This document shows positions 30,054-39,762 of a stretch of 64,000 nucleotides of DNA, one piece after another (position 1 is the stretch's first letter; every line of letters starts with the position of its first letter). The stretch lies in assembly GCA_964594215.1 (NCBI GenBank), contig CAZQLN010000002.1:105855-169854 (forward strand). Reading direction: 5' to 3'. Made by a program: the position numbers and the translations under genes. The stretch comes from an uncultured Bdellovibrionales bacterium (lineage in GTDB: Bacteria > Patescibacteriota > Minisyncoccia > Moranbacterales > UBA1568). Under the pieces are notes generated by a model that was not told the DNA's origin, ran no database searches, and saw only the letters and a program-made list of their open reading frames with translations.

Positions 30054-30647
30054 TTAAACTATCTTTTTGAGCAAACTAGCAGCCATTTTAATCTGTTTGT
30101 CAGAAAAGTGCTTATCTATCTCATAAATGATGTACATCGTTATGGTTTGTATTGGTAAAAAGTTAAGTCCGAACATAAAACCCTCTATAGCTGTACCACA
30201 TACCAAAACAACTATTCTACCGATAACAATCTTGGCGTTAAAAAGAGAGCTATTCTTTTTTATCAGAAGTAGGAGCATGAAGATAAGAATGGCACAGAGG
30301 ATTGTAATTGCAGTACCTATAAAGGGTAATGATCCTATACCCACTAAATCAATAAGATCCTTAAAACCCGCTACAGCAAAAGGTGCAGAATAGGCAAAAA
30401 GCGATGGCTTGTCCTTCCTTAAGTCTTCCAGGTTCTGTTCAGCTTCAATTTGTGGCTGAAGTTTACGAAACCTTTTAAGAAGTATCATTTGAGAAACAGC
30501 CTCTTGTTGTTCTCTCTCTACTTCTTGATCTTCAAGAATGGCCTCTTCTTTCGCAAGTTCTCCTTGTTCTTCATCAAAAGCTCTCTGTCTTGCTATTACC
30601 TCTTCTCTCCTTGATCTCTCGCCATTAGCGTAGGTATCTACGAACAT
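30054..30647 (-). CDS. Hypothetical membrane protein with charged coiled-coil N-terminus
   Basis: 197-aa ORF inside the T4SS-like operon. Confidence 0.45.
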   Translation of the reverse strand: MFVDTYANGERSRREEVIARQRAFDEEQGELAKEEAILEDQEVEREQQEAVSQMILLKRFRKLQPQIEAEQNLEDLRKDKPSLFAYSAPFAVAGFKDLIDLVGIGSLPFIGTAITILCAILIFMLLLLIKKNSSLFNAKIVIGRIVVLVCGTAIEGFMFGLNFLPIQTITMYIIYEIDKHFSDKQIKMAASLLKKIV

Positions 30648-30652
30648 ACGCG

Positions 30653-32512
30653 TTAGTATTGATTTTCAGCATCAAAATCTCGTTTAGCATTTTCAATCTC
30701 TAACAACTGCCGTGGATCTGAAGTGATGATCTGATCTTCACTGTAAGATGCTATGACTTTAATAGCAGCGTGTTTGGTACCGGCGAAGAAAATTCCCTCA
30801 CCTACATTACTCTCGAGAAGAAGAAATTTCTCATGATCAGTCAGATAAAACATCTCTGCTACCGCATCAATAGAAGCTGGTGACTGACGGAGTAAGAGTT
30901 GAAGTGAGGAATTAGTAATAATTGGTTTTCCATAACGTGAGGCTAGAAAATCACCTATATCCTGAGTAATCGTTGTCAATCCGGTATAGTATTTGCGGCA
31001 ACGCTTAGCAATACCGAAAAGAAAAGACGCCGCATCTTCATTTTGCATCATCACCCAGGCTTCATCGACTACCACAAGACGCTTCTTAATCTCTGTGCGC
31101 ATCTGATTCCAAATAAACTGCAATACGATATACATGGCCATTGGTCGTAATTCTTCTTCAAGATCACGGATATTGAAGACTACGAGTTGATTTTTGGTCT
31201 CGATGTTCGTCGGTTGATTGAGGAAACCTCCGAAAATACCTTCCGTATAACGTTCCAACCGTAATGCTAAAGACTCTCCCCCATCCATATTTTGTAACAC
31301 TTGATGGAGGTCTGACATGGTGGGAAACATTCCGGGTTCGAGATGGCGGTAATCACTGTGCTCAGTAATATCACGAAGAGCGTACGTTTCCCGAATCGCT
31401 CGATCTAAAATTGAGTCTTCTTCTGGTGTAAGAGTCCCAAACATAATATGAAGCAACCCGATGAGGTTAGCTACTGCACTTCGAAAAACACTCTCGCTAT
31501 CCTCATCATCAACACCTTTCGGTAAATCAAAAGGATTAAGCCGGGCATCAGAATTAAGTGATATTTGGAGAAAGCTCCCTCCTACTGCCTCACAAAGGTG
31601 CTTATACTCATTTTCTGGATCAATAATGATAACGCTAGATCCAAACATCATAGAACGCAGAACTTCTAGCTTCACAGTGTAGCTTTTTCCTGCTCCAGAT
31701 TTAGCAAAAACCACCATATTGGCGTTCTCCTGACTAAAACGATCAAAAAGTACCAGACTATTGTTGTGTCGATTAATACCATATAAGATACCTTCATTAG
31801 AAGAAAGGTCTGACGAAACAAACGGGAAAGTAGTCGATAGTGGTTCTGTATTGAGGTTATTGGCCACATCAAGAACATCGAGGGCTAGGGGTCTGGTCGA
31901 ACGAAAACCCTGATCCATTCTGAGGATAGCTGGCTTAGTGTAAACCAACTGCGCCTCAAGAATTGCTTCAATGGACTGACTTTTCTCATTCAAGTCTTTC
32001 TCGCTTTCCCCATAAAGAGTGATGTACAAACCGAAACGAAAGAACCGCTCCGTCCCCTGTTGTAATTTATCACGTAGACCTTCAATGTCTTCAAGAGCTG
32101 TCTCTAAAACTGGGTTACGGATTTTTCCATCTTCTGCCTCTATCGTAATCTGCGATTGAACTTGAGTGGAAGATTTACGTAAATCCTTTAGGATATCGAC
32201 TGTCTCAATGGGATGGATAAACAAAGCTGTATCCATCGCAAAGTCTACATTGATAATAGGTGAGAACCAGTTGGTACTCAAAAAGCGTGGGTAAGCAATG
32301 ACAAAATAGGTACGCGTCATGACCTCTCCCACCTGAAGGCTATTCGAGGTAAGCTTGATAGCTGGAGGTGCAATAAGATCCTTGAGCGTAGCTAGACCCT
32401 TCTGATACAGAGCCTCATTCTCTGAAACACGCGACGAACCACCAAAGAAACTTCTCTTTGGTTTTTTTGTTTCAGTGTTCTGATTCTCAGAAAGGGAAAT
32501 ACCGGGTAACAT
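30653..32512 (-). CDS. virB4: VirB4/TrbE/CagE-family T4SS ATPase (C-terminal two-thirds)
   Basis: Walker A VVFAKSGAGKSY, Walker B RLVVVDEAW, conserved TTITQD region. Confidence 0.8.
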   Translation of the reverse strand: MLPGISLSENQNTETKKPKRSFFGGSSRVSENEALYQKGLATLKDLIAPPAIKLTSNSLQVGEVMTRTYFVIAYPRFLSTNWFSPIINVDFAMDTALFIHPIETVDILKDLRKSSTQVQSQITIEAEDGKIRNPVLETALEDIEGLRDKLQQGTERFFRFGLYITLYGESEKDLNEKSQSIEAILEAQLVYTKPAILRMDQGFRSTRPLALDVLDVANNLNTEPLSTTFPFVSSDLSSNEGILYGINRHNNSLVLFDRFSQENANMVVFAKSGAGKSYTVKLEVLRSMMFGSSVIIIDPENEYKHLCEAVGGSFLQISLNSDARLNPFDLPKGVDDEDSESVFRSAVANLIGLLHIMFGTLTPEEDSILDRAIRETYALRDITEHSDYRHLEPGMFPTMSDLHQVLQNMDGGESLALRLERYTEGIFGGFLNQPTNIETKNQLVVFNIRDLEEELRPMAMYIVLQFIWNQMRTEIKKRLVVVDEAWVMMQNEDAASFLFGIAKRCRKYYTGLTTITQDIGDFLASRYGKPIITNSSLQLLLRQSPASIDAVAEMFYLTDHEKFLLLESNVGEGIFFAGTKHAAIKVIASYSEDQIITSDPRQLLEIENAKRDFDAENQY

Positions 32513-32519
32513 GGGATTT

Positions 32520-33197
32520 TTAATTAAGTTCTAACTCGTTGACGTGAGCAATATTAGAATTGACGAAAAGAGATGGATTATAACTATCATACAGTAATTC
32601 GATAATTTCTTCCGTGTTAAGAGGGGTGGCTCTCACTCCGGTACCAGAGAGAGCTACTTCAACCTGTTCAACGCGTTGGTATAGTTGGGCTCGATAACTC
32701 TCAAAAAGCTCTCCGTGCAGACTGGTGTTTTTTTCTGGACTGAAGATACCAGAAAGACGATCCAAAAGGCCGCTCTTCTCATCTTCTGCTGGCGAAAAAG
32801 GGATGACGATATAGAAGTACTTAGACATGATATTAGAGATCTCTGCTAACTTTTTGATAAAAAGCTTGTACTCTGTGATCTGCAAACGAAGTAACTCATT
32901 TTCTTGAGTTGTTTCTTGGTCAGCCAAAAGGCCGAGGTACGGCTCAACATCAAAACGCTTAGAGCTGATCACTATCTGGACGGGAAAATCAAGAGTATTC
33001 AAAAAGTTCTGGTATTGCAGAATAATGGCGTCTTGTTCCTGACTTGACTTGAGATCAAAATTAATAGATGAAACCAGCATAATAGCTCGGATAGAGCCAT
33101 TTTTGAGAACTAAAAGACCATCTCGAATCTCTTCGACATCGACATAGCGCTGCGTACTAGCCCCAGCTGTAGTTTGTTTTGGTTTCAAAAATTCCAT
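32520..33197 (-). CDS. VirB4 N-terminal-domain-like protein (VirB4 encoded as two ORFs)
   Basis: 225-aa ORF ending 7 nt before the ATPase ORF; combined length about 840 aa matches a full VirB4; RYVDVEEIRDGLLVLKNGS resembles the VirB4/TraC N-terminus. Confidence 0.5.
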   Translation of the reverse strand: MEFLKPKQTTAGASTQRYVDVEEIRDGLLVLKNGSIRAIMLVSSINFDLKSSQEQDAIILQYQNFLNTLDFPVQIVISSKRFDVEPYLGLLADQETTQENELLRLQITEYKLFIKKLAEISNIMSKYFYIVIPFSPAEDEKSGLLDRLSGIFSPEKNTSLHGELFESYRAQLYQRVEQVEVALSGTGVRATPLNTEEIIELLYDSYNPSLFVNSNIAHVNELELN

Positions 33198-33232
33198 GTT
33201 GTTATTCTAGCATGTCCAAGTATTTGGAGCAT

Positions 33233-33637
33233 TTATTTCCTTCCATCAACTATTCCAGCTAGTTCATGGACCTGTTTAGGATCAAACCTCTTGTGCACTA
33301 CTGTTCCAGTATTCTCATTTGTTTCAGAAGAGCTGGCTTTGGGTAGGGGACTCTGTTCTAGTGGTCTTTCCCAAACAGATACTTTTGGCTGAAAAAGAAA
33401 GAAAACTCCATGCATAGCAAAGGTAATCATAGATATCCCATTCGGTCGATAGAAGGCAAAAAGAACAAAAAGAATAGTGACCGGGATAGCCAGAATAAAA
33501 AAGAGAGTCACATCAAAAATATTGTACAGGGTGAGCAAAACCGCTCCCATGCCAATCATCCAAAGAATCTGTTTCCAAGTCAGTGGGCCGGCTATCTTGT
33601 CTTCAACATCAATAAATTGGGGTACATTGAACATCAT
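33233..33637 (-). CDS. VirB3-like small membrane protein
   Basis: 134 aa, two TM helices, positioned immediately upstream of VirB4 as in other T4SS clusters. Confidence 0.4.
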   Translation of the reverse strand: MMFNVPQFIDVEDKIAGPLTWKQILWMIGMGAVLLTLYNIFDVTLFFILAIPVTILFVLFAFYRPNGISMITFAMHGVFFLFQPKVSVWERPLEQSPLPKASSSETNENTGTVVHKRFDPKQVHELAGIVDGRK

Positions 33638-33652
33638 ACACGTAAAGTATTA

Positions 33653-34987
33653 CTAATCCCTCTGACTAACCGGTCGAATGTGGAACTGACTCGCTCGAGG
33701 TCTTGGTGAAGCGATAGGTGGTACTGCTCCTTTTATTGGTCCTGATGAAACAACTGCTGGTTCTGAAGATACCGGGACCGCTGGCTTCGGAGCCTGCTCT
33801 GATATTTGCGGTGCTGTACTTTTCGGAGGCTTGACCTCCTGCTCTGCTGGTAAGGCATGGTTAAAAGAAAAACTCATACTCCCCACTGCTTTAGCAACAG
33901 GAGCAGTGTCTGGAATACTCTCTTTGGTAAATGCTCCCTTAATCCACTCTGGCTTAGGTTCACGTTTCAGTTTTTCAGCCACTTGACTAACGTCAATGCC
34001 CACATTTGATGTCCCCATACGTTCCGGAGAAAGTGGCTGTGGCGGTATGGAGATTTTCTGATACGGAGATGGCCTAGGCTGAAACTTTCTAGCTATCGCA
34101 TTTTGATCTGCTTGTTTTGAAGGAAGTGGCTGCGGTACAAAGGCTGGCGGGATTGGCAGCTCTGTTTTAAGTGGTTGTGACATTACCTGTATCTCTCCCT
34201 GAGACGGTAACACTGGTAATTGTTGTACACTTGCCTCAGTATCAATAACTGGAAAAATAACTTCTTGACGTTCTGTATCAATCTCCAATGGCAAATTTTC
34301 TTCCAATGACTTAAGAATGATGTTGACCCGCTCCCGTTCAAGAGAACTCAGTGCCTTTCCGTTTACTGAACCGAAAAGAAACTGCCCTCGCTCAACAGTA
34401 GAATGCTGACCAATACCTAACTCGTCACGATAATACTTAATCCAGTTCAAGAGAGATCCTCTCACCGGCTCCGGCTGAGATTTAATTCTAATTCTTTCGC
34501 TAGATATTATCTGGTTACCAAGATTTGGGTATTCTGCAATGGCTTTGAGAATTTGAAGCTTTGTAGTCTCAGCTAGTGGCCTCACAACATCATCTTTCTC
34601 TTCTTCAATTACTTCGTGATCAGGAGAAACCATGAAAACTTTCTGCTGAATATACGGAATAATGGCATCAATATTAACATTGGGAAGTGTGCTGAGTTTT
34701 TGCTTAATAAGATCTAGTGATTGTTGTTGAGTTATTTTCCCAAAAAAGAATTCTCTCGTTATCACTGTTACATATTCCACCAGCTGTTCTGGAAGTTGAT
34801 AGGCTTCTTCTAAACCAGCCAGTACTTCTGCTATCGTACGAGAAAGTAGCCGACTACTACGATTATCATCAAGCGCAAAAACTGCATCCCACACTTCCCG
34901 ACTTTCTTCTTCAGACTGGTTTCCTCCATTCAAATCTTTGGATGCAAACAGCGGGAAATAGATTTTTTTTTCTTCTCTCATACACAT
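33653..34987 (-). CDS. Hypothetical soluble protein with Pro-rich C-terminal half
   Basis: 444-aa ORF in the T4SS-like operon; no TM; no family recognised. Confidence 0.45.
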   Translation of the reverse strand: MCMREEKKIYFPLFASKDLNGGNQSEEESREVWDAVFALDDNRSSRLLSRTIAEVLAGLEEAYQLPEQLVEYVTVITREFFFGKITQQQSLDLIKQKLSTLPNVNIDAIIPYIQQKVFMVSPDHEVIEEEKDDVVRPLAETTKLQILKAIAEYPNLGNQIISSERIRIKSQPEPVRGSLLNWIKYYRDELGIGQHSTVERGQFLFGSVNGKALSSLERERVNIILKSLEENLPLEIDTERQEVIFPVIDTEASVQQLPVLPSQGEIQVMSQPLKTELPIPPAFVPQPLPSKQADQNAIARKFQPRPSPYQKISIPPQPLSPERMGTSNVGIDVSQVAEKLKREPKPEWIKGAFTKESIPDTAPVAKAVGSMSFSFNHALPAEQEVKPPKSTAPQISEQAPKPAVPVSSEPAVVSSGPIKGAVPPIASPRPRASQFHIRPVSQRD

Positions 34988-35018
34988 TTATTCTTCTTTT
35001 GAAATCAAAGCCTACCTC

Positions 35019-37217
35019 CTAAGACACACTACCACCCGTTGGCCCTCGTCGTTTTTTTTCTCTTGTATCTACTGCATTTTTCATTCCTTCAACTTGAACC
35101 CTCACCTCTGGATTCTTGTTGTTCTGAACAACCATCTTCGTCAACTCAGTAACTTCAGTAAGTGTGAAATTTGACTGAGCATATTCTTGGAAATTAGCAT
35201 TCTTAAGTAAAGCGGATTGTTGTGAGAGATCCTTCATAGTTAATTTATGTTGATTATACAGTCCCGCTATTTCATCAGACGACATTGTTGCTAACGGCTT
35301 ATTGCTCTGGTATTCAAAAAGTTTATCGATATCACCTCCCGTTTTCTTAATCTGCTTACCGAAATCAATGGTCATCTTATTACCAGTCTCCGCAATAGCT
35401 TTGTGTCGATCAGTTAACCCAAACTTGCCCTCAGCCTCTTCTCTCGCTTTATCCAAATCATCCCCAGTAATACCACTCGCTGCCGCTTTATTTACGGCAT
35501 CCTCAACCAGTTTCTGCCTTCTTGCTATTTTACTCATGGTATCATCAAGCTCCTTTTTGTTTGCTGGAGCAAAATCGGTTACACCCTTGCTAGCAAGTAA
35601 AGTTTGCATACCAGCCACTTGTGAATCAAAGAACTGTTGTGGCTTCATGCTAATAGCATCATCGTCCGCAGACTTAAGTACTTTCTCAAATTTCTCGTAG
35701 TCACCTGCAACCGCCTGAAGAGCAGCTGCCAAAACCTCTGGACGCTTCTTGATACCATCTTTACTCTCAGCAAGTGAGAGCGCAGCCGCTTTCTTTTCAA
35801 TATCAGTGCCTTTCTTTAGTTTTTCTTCGAGAGCATCCCGAGAGAGATTATCATCTTTGAACTCCTTCATCTTCTCGTGTAAGCGTCTGTCTTCAGCCTT
35901 TTCCTTTTCACGCTGAATACCTCGTGTACCTCCAGATATAGCGCCTGCATAAAACGCCTTGGTGTCATCTGTCCTATCATCCCAGTGCTGACCAGTAGCT
36001 AATCTACCTACATTATATTTATACTTACCAAAACCAACTTTTGCATTTCTGTACTCCCAATTTCCAAGCTGCCCTTTTTGTAGACCCTTACTCACACCCT
36101 TCTTAATGCCTTGATAACGAGTGGTGACTGGGCTGGCAGCTTTCTTACCTGCCCACTTAGCAAAATCTTTACCGTACTTGGTAGCAACTGATGCTCCAGC
36201 AACAGAAAATTTACTAGAAATACCCATCGCAAACCAGAGCATAGTAATAGGAATAAAAAATAAAACCATTGAAGCTACTGTATCTGGCTTGTCCGAAGAA
36301 ACACTAGCTAAACTAGTCACGTTTGCATAAGGATCACCAGCTCCAGAATTCGAGATAGCAGCAAAAAAGTTAGTGGCAAGCAAAAGCATAAAAATGGCTG
36401 CCGGCCCAAAAAAACAATACTTCAAAAAAGCATCCCACCAGTCCTTTCCAAATCCACGCTCCTTAAGTCCTGGTACAGAATTAGCTACAAATCCAATAGG
36501 CGAGAGGATGACCAAGATAATAAGAGCTATAAGACGAATCAAAAACTGAAAAGCGAAAACAAAAATGGTGACATTAAATATAAAAAGAAAAATAATCGCC
36601 GCTAGTAGTGCGGTGATGTCTGAACGTTCTGCTGCTGGTAAAAGAATCATGCTCAGTCGTGATGCACTCAAAGATGACTCCAGAGCCACTGCATTACTAT
36701 TATTACCGGCAATCATTTGCAAGAAGAAGTACATCGGTACATTAGCCAAATCGATAATCAATCGTGCTATAGGGAAGCTAAAATTCACTAGAAGAGCCGC
36801 GATGACAAGCTTGATGATAGACTTGGAATTGCTGTAGCTATCAATTTGAAAAACAAAAGCAAAAGCGATGAAAAGGAGCCCTAGAATAAAAAATATGTTG
36901 ATGAAATCTCTGACAAACTTCCACATATCATACACGGCCTGAAGGTTGAGTAAGCCGCTATCGCCAGAAATATATTGAGGATCTATCACGTAGGCGAAAA
37001 GTGTCACTGCCACACTCGTAAACCAACCAACAAAAACGAAGAGCATGTACAATGCCCCCTTTACCAATCCCTCGCCCCAAAAAGCCTGTGTGGTATGTAA
37101 ATTGAAAGTAAGAAATACTATAGGAAAAATTAAAAAGAAAAGCCCTATTCGTAAGCGTTTCTTCTGTAAATTCATATTTGTTTTTGATCGTAGTGAAGAC
37201 ACAGGCAAACGGTTCAA
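35019..37217 (-). CDS. VirB6/TrbL-like polytopic membrane protein with long hydrophilic C-terminal domain
   Basis: 732 aa; at least 8 TM helices in the N-terminal 380 aa; charged coiled-coil-rich C-terminus. Confidence 0.55.
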   Translation of the reverse strand: MNRLPVSSLRSKTNMNLQKKRLRIGLFFLIFPIVFLTFNLHTTQAFWGEGLVKGALYMLFVFVGWFTSVAVTLFAYVIDPQYISGDSGLLNLQAVYDMWKFVRDFINIFFILGLLFIAFAFVFQIDSYSNSKSIIKLVIAALLVNFSFPIARLIIDLANVPMYFFLQMIAGNNSNAVALESSLSASRLSMILLPAAERSDITALLAAIIFLFIFNVTIFVFAFQFLIRLIALIILVILSPIGFVANSVPGLKERGFGKDWWDAFLKYCFFGPAAIFMLLLATNFFAAISNSGAGDPYANVTSLASVSSDKPDTVASMVLFFIPITMLWFAMGISSKFSVAGASVATKYGKDFAKWAGKKAASPVTTRYQGIKKGVSKGLQKGQLGNWEYRNAKVGFGKYKYNVGRLATGQHWDDRTDDTKAFYAGAISGGTRGIQREKEKAEDRRLHEKMKEFKDDNLSRDALEEKLKKGTDIEKKAAALSLAESKDGIKKRPEVLAAALQAVAGDYEKFEKVLKSADDDAISMKPQQFFDSQVAGMQTLLASKGVTDFAPANKKELDDTMSKIARRQKLVEDAVNKAAASGITGDDLDKAREEAEGKFGLTDRHKAIAETGNKMTIDFGKQIKKTGGDIDKLFEYQSNKPLATMSSDEIAGLYNQHKLTMKDLSQQSALLKNANFQEYAQSNFTLTEVTELTKMVVQNNKNPEVRVQVEGMKNAVDTREKKRRGPTGGSVS

Positions 37218-37315
37218 GAGAACGTTGAATACACGCTTCAGTATACCACAAAAGTCTTATTTTAAGACACACAAAACCACCTTAGACTTCTCCGTGAAGC
37301 GGTCATAGGTACCTG

Positions 37316-38506
37316 TTAGTAGATATAGCCCTTGATGACACGGCTACTTGCGGGAATAGTCCTTCGTCCTACTTTACCCCATCCAATATAGTTCATATCG
37401 CTTACCGTGATACTCCCCCCACTTACCTTTTCTACTAAGGCTACATGACCATAGTATCGGTTTTCCGTAGTAACCACGATCGCCCCCACCGCTGGACTTT
37501 TACCGGTTTTATAACCCTGAGCTTTGGCGTTATAGAGCCATGTACCGGCATTGCCACCCCATGGTACATACCGTTTTGAAGCCACATACCAAGTACAGTA
37601 ACCATACGGGAAACGGTGCCCACTCCCCGCCTTACCGCTCGGGGTACGGTACCCCGAAATATCATTCACGCTCCCTATACCCGTCGTCGTATTAGCATAC
37701 TGGCGTCGTGTTAGACCCGTTTCAGTCTCTTTTTCGGCCGGCTTAGCAGTTTCTTCTTTACGGCCATCAGGAATAGTGATCGAGGCTCCCACCTCAAGCT
37801 CACCATTAGCTGGTAAAGAGTTAAATGAGATTATTTTTTCCTTATCTGCCTTATATTGCTTAGCAATGTCTTCGATAGTCTCACCACTTTTGACCACATG
37901 ATTGAGACCAGCAACTGGTAGAATGAATATCTGATCACCTGGCTTGATAGCATCCACATTATCGATATCATTGGCCCAAAGAATCGTGTTTACTGTGATA
38001 CCCATTTTAGCCGCAATACCACTCATGGTATCACCATCAAGAACTGTGTAGAGAGTCACTCCTCCACCTTCCTCTTCCGGATCTTTAGTAATATTAGCGG
38101 TAGCCTGAGAGAGAATTACCTGATTATCAAGAGACGTACTTTCCACATCAAACAATGAAAGTTCTTCTTTTTGCTCAGGGTCAACACCTACTTCGGAATC
38201 AGCTAGTGGCACTAGAGCTAGGTTTTTCTTGTTTTCATCTATAACAAAACGATGTTTAGCGCTCGTAGTCTCTTCTTGTTGAGTTTCACCCTCCCCTATA
38301 TATCCAAAAAGGAAGCTCTCTTGACCTTGTCCCTGAGCAAAATTACTAGCAGAAACCATCAAAGCACTCGAGGCAACAATAGAAAAAGCTGAGTAGTTAC
38401 GAAAAACTCGTACCACCCGATACCCCGAAACCTGCTTTACAAAAGTCAGAAAGCGATACTGCAGGGTATGTGTTTTGGTATGCAAGGAGTTCAAACGCTC
38501 TTTCAC
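37316..38506 (-). CDS. Peptidoglycan hydrolase with two LysM domains and a C-terminal CHAP domain (VirB1 functional analogue)
   Basis: LysM repeats (GDTMSGIAAKMGITVNTILWAN..., GETIEDIAKQYKADKEKIISFNS...) and a CHAP Cys...His region (YPYGYCTWYVA...GHVALVEKV). Confidence 0.75.
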   Translation of the reverse strand: MKERLNSLHTKTHTLQYRFLTFVKQVSGYRVVRVFRNYSAFSIVASSALMVSASNFAQGQGQESFLFGYIGEGETQQEETTSAKHRFVIDENKKNLALVPLADSEVGVDPEQKEELSLFDVESTSLDNQVILSQATANITKDPEEEGGGVTLYTVLDGDTMSGIAAKMGITVNTILWANDIDNVDAIKPGDQIFILPVAGLNHVVKSGETIEDIAKQYKADKEKIISFNSLPANGELEVGASITIPDGRKEETAKPAEKETETGLTRRQYANTTTGIGSVNDISGYRTPSGKAGSGHRFPYGYCTWYVASKRYVPWGGNAGTWLYNAKAQGYKTGKSPAVGAIVVTTENRYYGHVALVEKVSGGSITVSDMNYIGWGKVGRRTIPASSRVIKGYIY

Positions 38507-38802
38507 AGTGAGTGTTTGATGTTGGTCTTTATGATTTTCCTCATCTTCTCGAGATGAGGCTTTTTCTAAAGATTTTTTAGAGAAATTGCGAATATTCTTC
38601 GCGCCTTTCAGTTAGAAAAAGCTTTCAACGAGCCTGGCTTATGAAAAGCACTGGTGGCCCATCTCTTTACTTTTTCCCTAATTTTTACAATAGAAAGTAT
38701 AGCTTTAGAGGGGTCTTTGGTCAAGCGTTTTTTTGTGAAAAAGGCTTTAAAAAGGCAAAATATAGCATCTTAAAGCCATTTTCGTGGTATACTGGGGGCA
38801 CT

Positions 38803-39762
38803 ATGAACCACTTCACAAAACAGCCCAAAACAACTATTGAGACTTACGCCAAAGAGTTCTTGGAACACCTCGAAATAGAGCTCAATCGCTCCCCTAAAAC
38901 CCTCTCAAATTACAGTCTGGTTCTAAAGCAATTTTTCGAGTGGGGTAATATCAAAGAGCCCATCGAAATCACTCAAGAAAAAATTCGTGAATACCGTCTT
39001 TTTCTCAATCGTCGAGGCACTAAGCAGGGCGAGTCATTAAAGAAGAATACCCAGGCCTATCACGCCATCGTACTACGTACCTTTCTCAAGTACTTAGCAA
39101 AAAATGACTGCGAGTCAGTGCCGCCAGAAAAAATAGAAGTGGGTAAAGTTCCTGATCGTCAGGTCGATTTCCTTGAGATTGATGAAGTTATTCGTCTCCT
39201 TGAAGCCACTCATGGCAACACTCTTAAATCCTTTCGTGATCAGGCTATTATTGAACTCCTCTTCTCTGCTGGTCTCCGTGTCAGTGAACTAACGAACCTC
39301 AACCGAGATCACGTAAACCTCACTAAGGACGAATTTAGTGTTCGTGGTAAAGGCAGTAAGCTACGCATCGTATTTCTTTCAGAAGAAGCTCGAGGAGCTT
39401 TAAAACAGTATCTCGACAAACGTACCGATGTTGATCCCGCACTTTTTATTGCTCTTCCCAAAAAAGGCTTGGTCAATAAAAAAAATAGTACCCGAGAAAC
39501 TCTTCGTCTTACTCCACGGAGTATCCAACGTCTTATCAAATACTACGCCAAAAAGGCTGGCATCCTCAAAGATGTTCATCCTCACACCCTCCGTCACAGT
39601 TTTGCTACCGATCTTCTAATTAATGGTGCTGATATCCGTAGCGTCCAAGCCATGCTTGGCCACGCCTCTATTACCACAACTCAAATCTATACTCACATAA
39701 CTAATGAGCGCCTAAAGGAAGTTCACCAAAACTACCACACGAGTCGGGGCAAGAAAACCTGA
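38803..39762 (+). CDS. xerC: Tyrosine site-specific recombinase, XerC/XerD-like
   Basis: R..HTLRHSFATDLL...GHASITTTQIYTHI catalytic motifs. Start moved to the internal ATG at 38803 (ORF track 38641). Confidence 0.8.
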   Translation: MNHFTKQPKTTIETYAKEFLEHLEIELNRSPKTLSNYSLVLKQFFEWGNIKEPIEITQEKIREYRLFLNRRGTKQGESLKKNTQAYHAIVLRTFLKYLAKNDCESVPPEKIEVGKVPDRQVDFLEIDEVIRLLEATHGNTLKSFRDQAIIELLFSAGLRVSELTNLNRDHVNLTKDEFSVRGKGSKLRIVFLSEEARGALKQYLDKRTDVDPALFIALPKKGLVNKKNSTRETLRLTPRSIQRLIKYYAKKAGILKDVHPHTLRHSFATDLLINGADIRSVQAMLGHASITTTQIYTHITNERLKEVHQNYHTSRGKKT

